Source of the DNA: Heterodontus francisci | Lineage: Eukaryota | Direction of reading: 5' to 3' | Assembly (NCBI RefSeq): GCF_036365525.1 | Contig: NC_090378.1 | Span: 124,481,593 to 124,545,592, forward strand | Length of the DNA: 64,000 nt | Shown here: positions 11,570 through 22,919 of the stretch, piece by piece | How the letters are laid out: each line of letters begins with the position of its first letter | Numbering within the stretch: position 1 is the stretch's first letter | Notes under the pieces: model-generated | The model's database searches: none | What the model was told of the DNA's origin: nothing | Seen by the model: only the letters and a program-made list of their open reading frames with translations | Translations under genes and position numbers: made by a program

Positions 11570-14500
11570 AACATAGAAAGATTTACAATGCAGATGAGGC
11601 CATTCGGCCCATGGTGTCCATGCCAGCTGAAAATGAGTTAACAAACCTAATCCCACTTTCCAGCTCTTATTCCCATATCCCTGTAGGTTTCGGCACCTCA
11701 AGTGCATATCCAAGTGTTTTTTCAATGTGATGAGAGTTTCTGCCTCTACCACCCTTTCAGGCAGTGAGTTCCAGACCCCCAACACCCTCTGGGTGAAAAT
11801 ATTACTCCTCAATTCACCTCTCATCCTTCCACCAATTAATTTAAATCTATGCCGCTGGGTTATTGACCTCTCTGCTGCGGGAAGTAGGTCCTTCCTATCC
11901 ACTCTATCTAGGCCCCTCATAATTTTATACACCTCAATTAAATCTCCCCTCAGTCTCCTCTGTTCCAGAGATAACAATCCCAGCCGATCCTATCTTTCCT
12001 CATAGGTAAAATTCTCCATTCCTGGTAACATCCTCGTAAATCTCCTCTGTACCCCCTCTTGTTTGATCACATCCTTCCTGTAATGTGGTAACCAGAACTG
12101 TACACAGTTTTCTAGCTGTGGTCTAACTAGTGTTTTCTACAGTTCTGGCATAACCTCCTTACCCTTATACTCCAGGCCTCAGCGAATAAGGGCAAGCATC
12201 CCGTAAGCCTTCTTAACCACCTTATCGAGCTGTCCTGCTACCTTCAGGGATCTGTGGACATGAACTCCAAGGTCCCTCAGTTCCTCTACACTTCTCAGTA
12301 TCATCCCATTTATTGGATATTCCTTTGCCTCGTTTGTCCTCCCCAAATGCATTACCTCACATTTCTCTGGACTGAATTCCATTTGCTATTTTTCTGCCCA
12401 CCTGACCAGTCCATTGATATCTTCCTGCAGTCTACAGCCTTTTTCCTCATTATCAACCGCAAGGCCTATTTTTGTATCATCTGCAAACTTCTTAATACCC
12501 CTTCCATTTAAATCTAAATCATTGAAAGATACTATAATCAGCAGTGGACCCAGTACTGAGCCCTGCAGAACCCCACTGAAAACAGCTTTCCACTCACAAA
12601 AACACCCGTTGACAATAAAACTTTGCTTCCTGTCACTGACTCAATTTTTGATCCAATTTCCCACTTTTCCTTGGATCCCATGGGCTTTTAATTTTCTGAC
12701 CAGTCTGCCATGTGGGATCTTATCAAAGGCCTTGCTAAAATCCATGTAGACTCTTTCAAACATGACGCCCACTTTGACACTCCTTGTAACCTCCTCATGA
12801 AATGTAATCGTTAGTCAGACACAAACTTCCCTTAACAAATCCATGCTGACTGTCCTGAATTAATCCCGTGCTTCTCTAAATGATGGTTTTTACTGTCTCT
12901 CAGAACTTTTTCCAATAATTTTCCCACTGCCGAGGTTATGCTGACTGATCTGTAATTACTTGGTCCATCCATTCTTTCCTTTTTAAACAACAGTAGAACA
13001 TTAGCAGTCCTCCAGTCCTCAGGTACCATGCCTTTAACCAGAGAGAATTGGAAAATGAGGATCAGAGCCTCCGCTATTTCTTCCATTGCTTCTTTTGCAG
13101 CCTGGGATACATTTCACCTGGGCCTGGTGATTTATCCATTTTCAAGGATGTGAAACACCTTAATATTTCCTCCCTCACTAAGTTTATCCCATCCAAGATT
13201 TTACACTCCTCCTCCTTCACTACAATGTCTGCTTTGTCACTCTCTGTGAAAAAAGGCACAAAGTATTCATTCAGAAACATGTCCACATCCTCCGCCTCCA
13301 CACACAGGTTAGGTTTTTGGACTCCAATTTACCCCGCTCTTTTCTTAGTGATTCTCCGGCTCTTTATGTATTTATTAAACATCTTTGGGTTTTCCTTGAT
13401 TTTACTAGCTCATATTTTTTCATGTCCTCTCTTTGTTTCCCTAATTTCCTTTTCAATTTCACCCCTGAACTCTCTACACTTCTCCAGGTTTTCTGCAGTA
13501 TCAAGATCTCAGTATCCGATATAAGTTTCCCTTTTGTACCTTATCCTACTGTGTATGCTCTTTGCCATCTGCGGTAAATGGAGATTTGGGAGTCTCACCC
13601 TTTTTCTTTGTGGGAACATGTTTGTTCTGAGCCCTCACTATCTCCTCCTTGAATGCCTCCCACTGCTCTGACACTGATTTACCTTCAAGTAGCTGTTTCC
13701 AGTCTAATTCTGACAAATCACATCTCAGCTTAGTAAAATTGGCCTTTCCCCAGTTTAAAACTTTTACTCTTGGTCCATCTTTATCCTTTTCTATAACTGC
13801 TCTAAATCTAACTGAATTATAATCACTGCCACTAAAACACTCTCACATTGATCCCCTTCCACCTGCCCAGATTCATTCCTGAAAACTAAGTCCAGAACTG
13901 TATCTTCTCTTGTTGGTCTTTCTACTGATGAGAAAAGTTCTCCCGAATGTATTTTAGGAATTCTGCACCCTCTGTACCTTTTATACTGAATTTATCCCAG
14001 TTAATATTTGGAAAGTTGAAATCCCCTCCTATTACTGGCCTGTTGTTTCTGCACTTTTCAGTAATTTGCCGACACATTTGCTCTTCTCTCTCCCTCTGAC
14101 TGTTTGAGGGTCTATAGCAGGAGTCTGGAACCTGCGACTCCGGAGCCACATGTGACTCTTTAACAGCTCATTTACAGCTGCCAACCTTTTCCAGTTGGAA
14201 TACATTAACATGAAAAAGGCCGAAAAAATTCAGTCAAGGAAAGTAAACTGTGTTTTTATTGTGGGGATAAAAGGCTAATCATTATGTTGTACTTTATAGT
14301 TTCAAATGATTATTTAAATGAAAAGCATCATCATTGTCTAAATGAACTTGTTTGAGTGGTACAGCTTCCATTGGAGGAACAGCTTTTATGTTTGTGACCA
14401 TTATTGTTTCTAATATCACTGAGATGATAAATTATTCTGCTATTAGAAACTTCTTTTTTATTACGAGAATCAATAGCTGAAAAAATTGTCTTAATTCTGC

Positions 14501-15050
14501 ACATCTGAATTTAAATTTTTTTTTTAAATTTTGACTTTACTGACAAAATTATACAAAAACAAGTCAAAAAAATGCAATAATTCAGAGTGAAACCTATTCT
14601 GATTTTGACTTTTTTTCTATTGATACATAAATTCAATACATGTATTTTATTTATTATATATACAAAGTGTGCATTCTACCAGAGACACTTGGCAATTTAG
14701 AAGGTATTTGGTTTAGAAATGCTGAATTTTGGTCTTGACACTGCCAGTAGTTTTTATTTTAGGTAATATTTTTGAAAACAGTCTCTTCAGGTAATAAAGG
14801 TTACCGACCCCTGGTCTATATATAGTGCAGCAATGTGATTGCCCCTTTTTTGTTCCTACGTTCATTCAAATGTCCTCATTCGATGATCCTGCTTGAATAT
14901 CATCCCTCCTCACAGCTGCGATTTTTTCTTTTGACTAATATTGTGAAACCCTTCTCCTTTTTTCTCTCCCTCTCTATCCCATTGGGAAACTCAGTATCAG
15001 GAATATTGAGCTGCCATTCCTGCCCTTCTTTCAGACTCATTTCAGTAATA
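11570..15050 (-). mobile_element. Degenerate CR1-clade LINE (ORF2: endonuclease to RT to 3' tail)
   Basis: Frameshifted peptides SLEQRRLRGDLIEVYKIMRG, KCEVMHLGR, PEDWRTANV..NYRSVSITS, DKSPGPGEMYPR, GDFNFPNINW and VITEMSLKEGQEWQLNIP. Interrupted by the hAT element at 14118-14813. Confidence 0.92.
14118..14813. mobile_element. Non-autonomous hAT (Charlie-like) DNA transposon nested in CR1
   Basis: Imperfect TIRs CAGGAGTCTGGAACC / GGTTACCGACCCCTG, and an 8-bp TSD GTCTATAG (14110-14117) / GTCTATAT (14814-14821). The CR1 endonuclease sequence resumes on the other side. Confidence 0.85.
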
Positions 15051-15054
15051 ACTG

Positions 15055-15907
15055 TCATCAAGGCAGCATTTGAGTCTGGAATCAAGAAGCCCGAGCAAAA
15101 CTAGAGTCAGTGTGAATCAGGGGGAAATCTCTCAACTGTTTGGAGTCATACCTAGCGCAAAGGAAGATAGCTGTGGTTGTTGGAGGTCAATCATCTCAGC
15201 TCCAGGACGTCACTGCAGGAGTTCCTCAGCATAGTGTCCGAGGCCCAACCATCTTCAGCTGCTTCATCAATGACCTTCCCTCCACCATAAGGTCAGAAGA
15301 GGGGATGTTCGCTAATGATTGCACAACCTTCAGCACCATTCGCGAATCCACAGAAACGGAAACAGACTATCTAGAAATGCAGCAAAACCTGGACACTGTC
15401 CACGCTTGGGCTGATAAGTAACAAGTAACATTCGCGTCACACAAGTGAAAGGCAATGACTATCTCAAATAAGAAAGAATCTAACCATCTCCCCTTGACAT
15501 TCAATGGCATTACGATCGCTGAATCCCCCACTATCAACATCCTGAGGGTTACCATTGACCAGAACCTGAACTGCAGTAGCCCTGTAAATACTGTGGCTAC
15601 AAGAGCAGGTCAAAGGCTGGCCACCTAGGAGGAAAGGCCAGCAGTTGTATGGGAACACCAACACCTGCAAGTTCTCCTCCAAGCCACACACCATCCTGAC
15701 TTGGAACTATATCGCCGTTCCTTCACTGTCACTGGGTCAAAATCCTGGAACTCCCTGCCTAACAGCACTGTGGGTGTACCTACCCCACATGGACTGCAGC
15801 AGTTCAAGAAGGCAGCTCACCACCACCTTCTCAAGGGCTATTAGTGATGGGCAATAAATGCTGGCCTGGCCAGCGACGCCCACATCCCATGAATGAATAA
15901 AAAAAAC
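15055..15907 (+). mobile_element. 5'-truncated CR1/L2-group LINE (second family), internally deleted
   Basis: RT peptide ESYLAQRKIAVVVGGQSS..AGVPQHSVRGPTIFSCFINDLP..MFANDCT and 3' end CCCACATCCCATGAATGAATAAAAAAAA. Same family as 25370-25716 and 33000-34132. Confidence 0.85.
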
Positions 15908-16099
15908 TACCATATCATACTTCCAAGAGCAGTCGAACACAATTTAACCAGTTGAACATCAAACCATCCACTGTCTTTGTATTTTAGACTAAACCTAGCA
16001 AGCGAGGCAAATTAAGAAGTGATGGTGCTCATTTCTAACGATTCAACACCAGCCGTAGTTCATTAACTCAGCTGTCTGTTATCTGATGTGACATATCCA

Positions 16100-16335
16100 A
16101 ACACAGAAACACCCACAGAAACATACACATAAATATACACATAGAACATACAAATATACACAGAGAATACACAAATGTACAGACAGAACACACAAATAAA
16201 TACATAAGACACACAAATATATACAGAGGACACACAAATATACTGACAAAAGACACAAATATATACATAAAACACACAAATATATACAGAGAGCAAAAAA
16301 TATACAAATAGAACACAGAAATACACAAACATGCA
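16100..16335. repeat. AC/AT-rich low-complexity repeat upstream of the C-exon acceptor
   Basis: Degenerate ACACAAATATATACA-type units. Confidence 0.7.
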
Positions 16336-16365
16336 GTGATTAACAGTTTTTCTCTTCTCTTTCAG

Positions 16366-16694
16366 GCCGAGAGAAGTCTCAACCCACACTGACCCTGATG
16401 CCCCCCTCGCCGGAGGAGGTCAAGGCCAAGGGCACTGCCACCCTGGTGTGCCTTGCCGATCACTTCTATCCCGATGAAGTGGGGGTGGAGTGGAAGAAGG
16501 ATGGTGCAGCCATTTCGGCCGGAGTTCAGACCAGCAATTACCTGCGAGCTTCGGACAGCACCTACAGTGTCAGCAGCCTGCTGACCCTCTCTGGCTCTGA
16601 CTGGGAGTCCAACGCCCGCTTCTCCTGTGCCCTCACCCACGAGACCCTGTCCTCTCCCCTCAGTAAGAGTGTGAGCAGATCAGAATGTGTGTAG
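16366..16694 (+). CDS. IGKC: Immunoglobulin light-chain constant exon, kappa-type (shark type III / NS4-like), intact
   Basis: (S)REKSQPTLTLMPPSPEEVKAKGTATLVCLADHFYPDEVGVEWKKDG...DSTYSVSSLLTLSGSDWESNARFSCALTHETLSSPLSKSVSRSECV*. This is a C1-set Ig fold with ATLVC, FYP, the core Trp, YSxSSxL, FSCxxxH and a penultimate Cys for the H-L disulfide. TAG is at 16692-16694 and the exon is in frame with the spliced J. The type III/NS4 assignment is from recall plus the J 23-RSS. Confidence 0.97.
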
Positions 16695-16850
16695 AATGTT
16701 AGAGACAGTCCGCAGAGGAGACACAACTTTAAATATAACAGGGGTGAGCTGGGAGGATAAAGGTCATTGTCAGCACGGAATTTCAACTCTCTTCCTTCTC
16801 GTGACTGGGTCTGAGACACCTCTGAGGATCAGGGGTTAAGGCACTAAATT

Positions 16851-16998
16851 GGGACAGTGTAGAGGGGGCTTTTCTCTGTATCTAACCCGTACTGTACCTG
16901 CCCTGGGAGTATTTGATTGGACAATGTAGACGGAGCTTTACTCTGTATCTAACCCGTACTGTACCTGCCCTGGGAGTGTTTGATTGGACAATGTAGAC
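16851..16998. repeat. ~2.2 copies of a 67-bp repeat in the presumptive 3' UTR
   Basis: GGACA(G/A)TGTAG recurs at 16852, 16919 and 16986 (period 67). The unit contains CTCTGTATCTAACCCGTACTGTACCTGCCCTGGGAGT. Confidence 0.9.
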
Positions 16999-17190
16999 TC
17001 GTGATGCCAAGTAAAACCTCTCTAAGATGCTGAAGACTGTCAGCTGAGCTAAAATAATATGAACCTCAGAAGTCACCGCTCAGTAAACCAGACCTCCTTC
17101 CTGCTCACCCTGCAGTTACAATTTCAAGTTTAGTCTCTGTTTAAAGCGACAGGATTCTCATGTTATTGAGAAAATCTCCACAACTGTTTT

Positions 17191-17291
17191 AATAAACCTT
17201 CATTCTCCCTGTGAATTTCTCCAGCTTCCTCTCACTGAGCTGTTTATTCAAGTCTTTTTACTGTAAATGTAAATCTGTAAAAGGTAATAAA
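17191..17291 (+). terminator. Candidate polyadenylation signals of the light-chain transcript
   Basis: AATAAA at 17191-17196 and 17286-17291, the first such hexamers I see after the C stop codon. Confidence 0.6.
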
Positions 17292-17439
17292 CATTAAGAA
17301 TATTCAGTAAATGTCTCGGGAGTACTTTGGAAATGTCCCACATTCCTGTCAGTTGATTGGCTGTATTTCAGCAAGTGATTCTAATGATTGGCTGGTTGAA
17401 CTCTCAATCAATAGCACATTAGCATAAGATTTGATTACA

Positions 17440-17965
17440 AACATAAATACAAACATATGAATTAGGAGCAGGAGAAGGCCACTCGGCCCCTCGAACCTGC
17501 TCCACCATTCAATAAGATCATGGCTGATCTGATTGTAATCTCAACACCACATTCCCTCCTACCCATGATAACCTTTCACCCCCTTGCTTATCAAGAATCT
17601 ATCCACCTCTGCCTTAAAAATATTTATAGACTCTGCTTCCATCGCCTTTTGAGAAAGAGAGTTCCAAAGAGTCACGACCCTTGGAAATAAAAGAATTCTC
17701 AACTCTGTATTAAATGGGTGACACTTTATTTTTAAATAGTGACCCCAAGTTCTAGTTTCTTCAACAAGAAGAAACAACCTTTCCACATCCACCCTGTCAA
17801 AACCCCTCAGGAATCTTATATGTCTCCATCAAGTCACCTCTTACTCTTCTAAACTCCAGTGGATATAAACCTAACCTGTCCAACCTTTCCTCAGAGGAAA
17901 ACCTGCACATTCCAAGTATTAGTCTAATAAACCTTCTCTGAACTGATTCCAACACATTTACATCC
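17440..17965 (-). mobile_element. CR1 LINE 3' fragment
   Basis: LESVQRRFIRLI..EERLDRLGLYPLEFRRVRGDLMETYKI and RVVTLWNSLSQKAMEAES. Confidence 0.88.
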
Positions 17966-20900
17966 TGTAGGTGTGTGTTTCGGAGTGTGTGTGGGTTACC
18001 CAATACTGACTGTAGGTGTGTGTCTCTGAGTGTGTGTGGGTTACCCAGTACTGTATGTCGGTGTGTGTGTCTGAGTGTGTGTGGGTTACACAGTACTGTC
18101 TGTAGGTGTGTGTGTCTGTGTGTGTGTGGGTTACCCTGTACTGTCTGTAGGTGTGTGTGTCTGCGTGTGTGTGGGTTACCCTGTACTGTATGTAGGTGTG
18201 TGTGTGTCTGCGTGTGTGTGGGTTACCCTGTACTGTCTGTAGGTGTGTGTGTCTGCGTGTGTGTGGGTTCCCCTGTACTGTATGTAGGTGTGTGTGTCTG
18301 CGTGTGTGTGGGTTACCCTGTACTGTCTGTAGGTGTGTGTGTCTGAGTGTGTGTGGGTTACCCAGTACTGTCTGTAGGTGTGTGTGTCTGAGTGTGTGTG
18401 GGTTACCCTGTCCTGTCTGTAGGTGTGTGTCTCTGAGTGTGTGTGGGTTACCCAGTACTGTCTGTAGGTGTGTGTGTCTGAGTGTGTGTGGGTTACCCTG
18501 TCCTGTCTGTAGGTGTGTGTCTGCGTGTGTGTGGGTTACCCTGTACTGTATGTAGGTGTGTGTGTCTGCGTGTGTGTGGGTTACCCTGTACTGTATGTAG
18601 GTGTGTGTGTCTGCGTGTGTGTGGGTTACCCAGTACTGTCTGTAGGTGTGTGAGTCTGAGTGTGGGTGTGTTATAGAATCATAGAGTTATACAGCACAGA
18701 ACCAGGCCCTTCAGCCCATCGTGTCTTTGCCAACCATCAAGCACCTATCTATTCTAATCACATTTTCTGGCACTTGGCCCGTAGCCTTGTATGCTATGGC
18801 ATTTCAAGTGCTCATCTAAATACATCTTAAATGTTGTGAGGGTTCCTGCCTCTACCAAGTGTTCAGGCAGTGCGTTCCAGATTCGCACCACCCTCTGGGT
18901 GAAAATTCTTTTCCTCTAAGCCTCCTGCCTCTTAGCTTCAATCTATGCACACTGGTTATTGACCCCTCCACTAAGGCAAAAGGTTTCTTCCTATCGATCC
19001 TATCAATGCACCTCATAATTTTATATACCTCAATCAGGTCCTCCATCAGCCTTCTCTGCTCTAAGGAAAACAACCCTAGCCTATCCAGTCTCTCTTCCTA
19101 GCTATCCAGTACTCTCAGTAGGTGTGTATGTCTAAGTATGTGTGTATTACACAGTGCAGTCTGTCGGTGGGTTCCTCTGAGTATGGGTCTGTTACCCAGT
19201 ACTGTCTGTAGGTGTGTGTCTCTGAGTGTGGGTGTGTTACCCAGTACTGTCTGTAGGTGCGTGTCTCTGAGTATGTGTCTTACCCAGTACTGTCTGCAGG
19301 TGTGTGTCTCTGAGTGTGGGTGTGTTACCCAGTATTGTCTGTAGGTGTGTGTCTCTGAGTTTGAGTGTGTTACCCAGTACTGTCTGTAGGTGTGTGTCTC
19401 TGAGTTTGAGTGTGTTACCCAGTACTGTCTGTAGGTGTGTATCTCTGATTGTGGGTGAGTTACCCAGTTCTGTCGGCAGGTGTGTATCTCTGAGTGTGGG
19501 TGTGCTACCCAGTTCTGTCTGGAGGTGTGTATCTCTGAGTTTGGGTGTGTTAGCCTGTACTGTCTGTAGGTGTGTGTTTCTGAGTGTGGGTGTGTTACCC
19601 AGTACTGTCTGTAGGTGAGTGTCTCTGAGTGTGGGTGTGTTACCCAGTACTGTCTGTAGGTGTGTGTCTCTGAGTTTGAGTGTGTTACCCAGTCCTGTCT
19701 ATAGGTGTGTATCTCTGATTGTGGGTGAGTTACCCAGTTCTGTCGGTAGGTGTGTATCTCTGAGTGTGGGTGTGTTACCCAGTTCTGTCTGGAGGTGTGT
19801 ATCTCTGAGTGTGGGTGTGTTACCCAGTACTGTCTGTAGTTGTGTATCTCTGAGTGTGGGTGTGTTACCCAGTTCTGTATGGAAGTATGTCTCTCTGAGT
19901 GTGGGTGTGTTACCCAGTACTGTCTGTAGGTGTGTATCTCTGAGTGTGGGTGTGTTACCCAGTTCTGTCTGGAGGTGTGTATCTCTGAGTGTGGGTGTGT
20001 TACCCAGTACTGTCTGTAGGTTTGTGTCTCTGAGTGTGGATGTGTTACCCAGTACTGTCTGTAGGTGTGTGTCTCTGAGTGTGGGTGTGTTACCCAGTAC
20101 TGTCTGTAGGTGTGTGTCTCTGAGTTTGAGTGTGTTACCCAGTACTGTCTGTAGGTGTGTGTCTCTGAGTGTGAGTGTGTTACCCAGTACTGTCTGTAGG
20201 TGTGTGTCTCTGAGTTTGAGTGTGTTACCCAGTACTGTCTGTAGGTGTGTGTCTCTGAGTGTGAGTGTGTTACCCAGTACTGTCTGTAGGTGTGTGTCTC
20301 TGAGTTTGAGTGTGTTACCCAGTACTGTCTGTAGGTGTGTGTCTCTGAGTTTGAGTGTGTTACCCAGTACTGTCTTTAGGTGTGTATCTCTGAGTTTGAG
20401 TGTGTTACCCAGTACTGTCTGTAGGTGTGTGTCTCTGAGTTTGAGTGTGTTACCCAGTACTGTCTGTAGGTGTGTGTCTCTGAGTTTGAGTGTGTTCCCC
20501 AGAACTGTCTGTAGGTGTGTGTCTCTGAGTTTGAGTGTGTTACACAGTACTGTCTGTAGGTGTGTGTCTCTGAGTGTGGGTGTGTTACCCAGTACTGTCT
20601 GTAGGTGTGTGTCTCTGAGTTTGAGTGTGTTACCCAGTACTGTCTGTAGGTGTGTGTCTCTGAGTTTGAGTGTGTTACCCAGTACTGTCTTGAGGTGTGT
20701 GTCTCTGAGTTTGAGTGTGTTACCCAGTACTGTCTGTAGGTGTGTGTCTCTGAGTTTGAGTGTGTTACCCAGTACTGTCTGTAGGTGTGTGTCTCTGAGT
20801 TTGAGTGTGTTACCCAGTACTGTCTGTAGGTGTGTGTCTCTGAGTTTGAGTGTGTTACCCAGTACTGTCTGTCGGTGTGTGTCTCTGAGTTTGAGTGTGT

Positions 20901-21508
20901 TACCCAGTACTGTCTGTAGGTGTGTATCTCTGAGTTTGAGTGTGTTACCCAGTACTGTCTGTAGGTGTTTGTCTCTGAGTTTGAGTGTGTTACCCAGTCC
21001 TGTCTGTCGGTGTGTGTCTCTGAGTTTGAGTGTGTTACCCAGTACTGTCTTTAGGTGTGTGTCTCTGAGTTTGAGTGTGTTACCCAGTACTGTCTGTAGG
21101 TGTGTGTCTCTGAGTTTGAGTGTGTTACCCAGTACTGTCTGTAGGTGTGTATCTCTGAGTTTGAGTATGTTACCCAGTACTGTCTGTAGGTGTGTGTCTC
21201 AGAGTTTGAGTGTGTTACCCAGTACTGTCTGTAGGTGTGTGTCTCTGAGTTTGAGTGTGTTACCCAGTACTGTCTGTAGGTGTGTGTCTCTGAGTTTGAG
21301 TGTGTTACCCAGTACTGTCTGTAGGTGTGTGTCTCTGAGTTTGAGTGTGTTACCCAGTACTGTCTGTAGGTGTGTGTCTCTGAGTTTGAGTGTGTTACCC
21401 AGTACTGTCTGTAGGTGTGTGTCTCTGAGTTTGAGTGTGTTACCCAGTACTGTCTGTAGGTGTGTGTCTCTGAGTTTGAGTGTGTTACCCAGTACTGTCT
21501 GTAGGTGT
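17965..21508. repeat. 45-bp GT-rich minisatellite, interrupted by a CR1 fragment
   Basis: Unit TGTCTGTAGGTGTGTGTCTCTGAGTTTGAGTGTGTTACCCAGTAC, which yields 15-aa periodic ORFs. Confidence 0.96.
18673..19100 (-). mobile_element. CR1 LINE 3' fragment inserted in the 45-bp array
   Basis: FSLEQRRLMEDLIEVYKIMRCIDR, with a CR1-type tail (ATAGAATCATAGA on the + strand) at ~18673. Confidence 0.88.
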
Positions 21509-21769
21509 GGCTGCTACGTTTTGAAGATGCAATGGCACGTTTCACTATCACAGACGTCACAAGGAAAAAGGCCTTACTTTGACACTTGGAGGTGAAGAAT
21601 TAGAATATGGTTTTCCAGCATACGGCCCATGGGCCAGACTTCAGCCCTTCAAAGCACTTCGGTGGGCAGCTCTATTTTTGTGAGGATCCCCGACCCACAC
21701 AACGTGGCTGTGCCCAGCGGGAGAGTGTCATTCACATCCTGTCTCTGTAATCCACATTGATGGAGAATG

Positions 21770-22600
21770 AACAGATGGGGAATGGGCAGCAGAGACAGGG
21801 GAGCCGGGATTGGAGAGCGGGGAGTGGAAAGCGGGGAGTGGAGCGTGGAGTGGGGATTGGAGAACGGACAGTGGGGAGTGGAGAGCGTGGAGTGGGGAGT
21901 GGTGAACGGACAGTGGGGAGTGGAGAGCGTGGAGTGGGGAGTGGAGAACGGACAGTGGGGAGTGGAGAGCGTGGAGTGGAGAACGGTCAGTGGGGAGTGG
22001 AGAGCGTGGAGTGGAGAACGGACAGTGGGGAGTGGAGAGCGTGGAATGGGGAGTGGAGAAAGGACAGTGGGGAGTGGAGTGCGTGGAGTGGGGAGTGGAG
22101 AAAGGACAGTGCAGAGTGGAGAGCGTGGAGTGGAGAACGGACAGTGGGGAGTGGAGAGCGTGGAATGGGGAGTGGAGAAAGGACAGTGGGGAGTGGAGAG
22201 CGTGGAGTGGAGAACGGACAGTGCAGAGTGGAGAGCGTGAAGTGGGGAGTGGAGTGTGGGTAGTGGGGAGAGGAGAGTGGGCAGTGGAGAGTGGGCAGTG
22301 GAGAGTGGGCAGTGGAGGGTGGGGAGCAGGGATCAGGGACTGGGGAGCAGGCAGTGAGGAGGAGGGAATGAGAGACAAACAGAGAAAGAGAGCAGGGAGT
22401 AAGAGAAAGAAGGGGCAGAGAGAGAGGGAGAGAGAGAGACAGAGAGAGGGGATAGTGGGACAGACAGAGGGAGACTGATAGAGAGAGTGGGGAGACAGAG
22501 GTAGGGGAGAGGGTGGGACTGAGAGGGGGAGAGAGAGATGGAGGGGGGAAAGAGAGACAGAGAGATACAGAGAGCAAGAGGAGAGAGGAAGAAAGATCAA
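21770..22600. repeat. G-rich minisatellite (GGAGTGGAGAGCGTGGAGTGGGGAGTGGAGAACGGACAGTGG-like) grading into a GA-rich tract
   Basis: Seen directly, with strong purine/G strand skew. Confidence 0.9.
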
Positions 22601-22839
22601 TATCTCTCTGACACATGGACATCATTCTGGAATACACTGCATCGCTACGTCAAGTGTGTGGGCAGAGATTGAGTATTAATGCAAGCAAAACAATGTCAGG
22701 TAGGTCACTAAATCAATGTTCAACATAGTAATGAGAAAGTAAGTCAATAAATTACTTCTCATTTAAAGCTTCTTCATAAAAATGCACATTTGTTATAGTT
22801 TTCATACAAGGATACATTTTTAATGCCTTTATCGTCCGA

Positions 22840-22915
22840 AATGTTCTCACTGGCCCCCTACTGGAGGGTAAAAATTGTAATCTGGCCCCTGACATGAAAA
22901 GGTTGGACATCCCTG
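22840..22915. mobile_element. hAT-like terminal fragment
   Basis: Ends CTGGCCCCTGACATGAAAAGGTTGGACATCCCTG, resembling the terminus of the hAT at 14118-14813. A degenerate partner end may lie near 21606-21640. Confidence 0.5.
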
Positions 22916-22919
22916 CTAT

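Larger units (their letters stand above)
8700..16365 (+). other. J-C intron (7666 bp), TE-rich
   Basis: Donor GTAAGT at 8700, and a polypyrimidine tract TTTTTCTCTTCTCTTTCAG acceptor ending at 16365. Splicing gives A|GC (Ser) and the in-frame junction ...KLRL-S-REKSQPTLTLMPPS. Confidence 0.9.

Noticed and set aside
16398-16694. ORF-track start at ATG 16398 as a stand-alone gene
   Set aside because: This Met is internal. The exon begins at the splice acceptor at 16366 and is read from the spliced J.
19619-21595. 658-aa Cys/Val/Ser-rich ORF
   Set aside because: It is the translation of the 45-bp GT-rich minisatellite.
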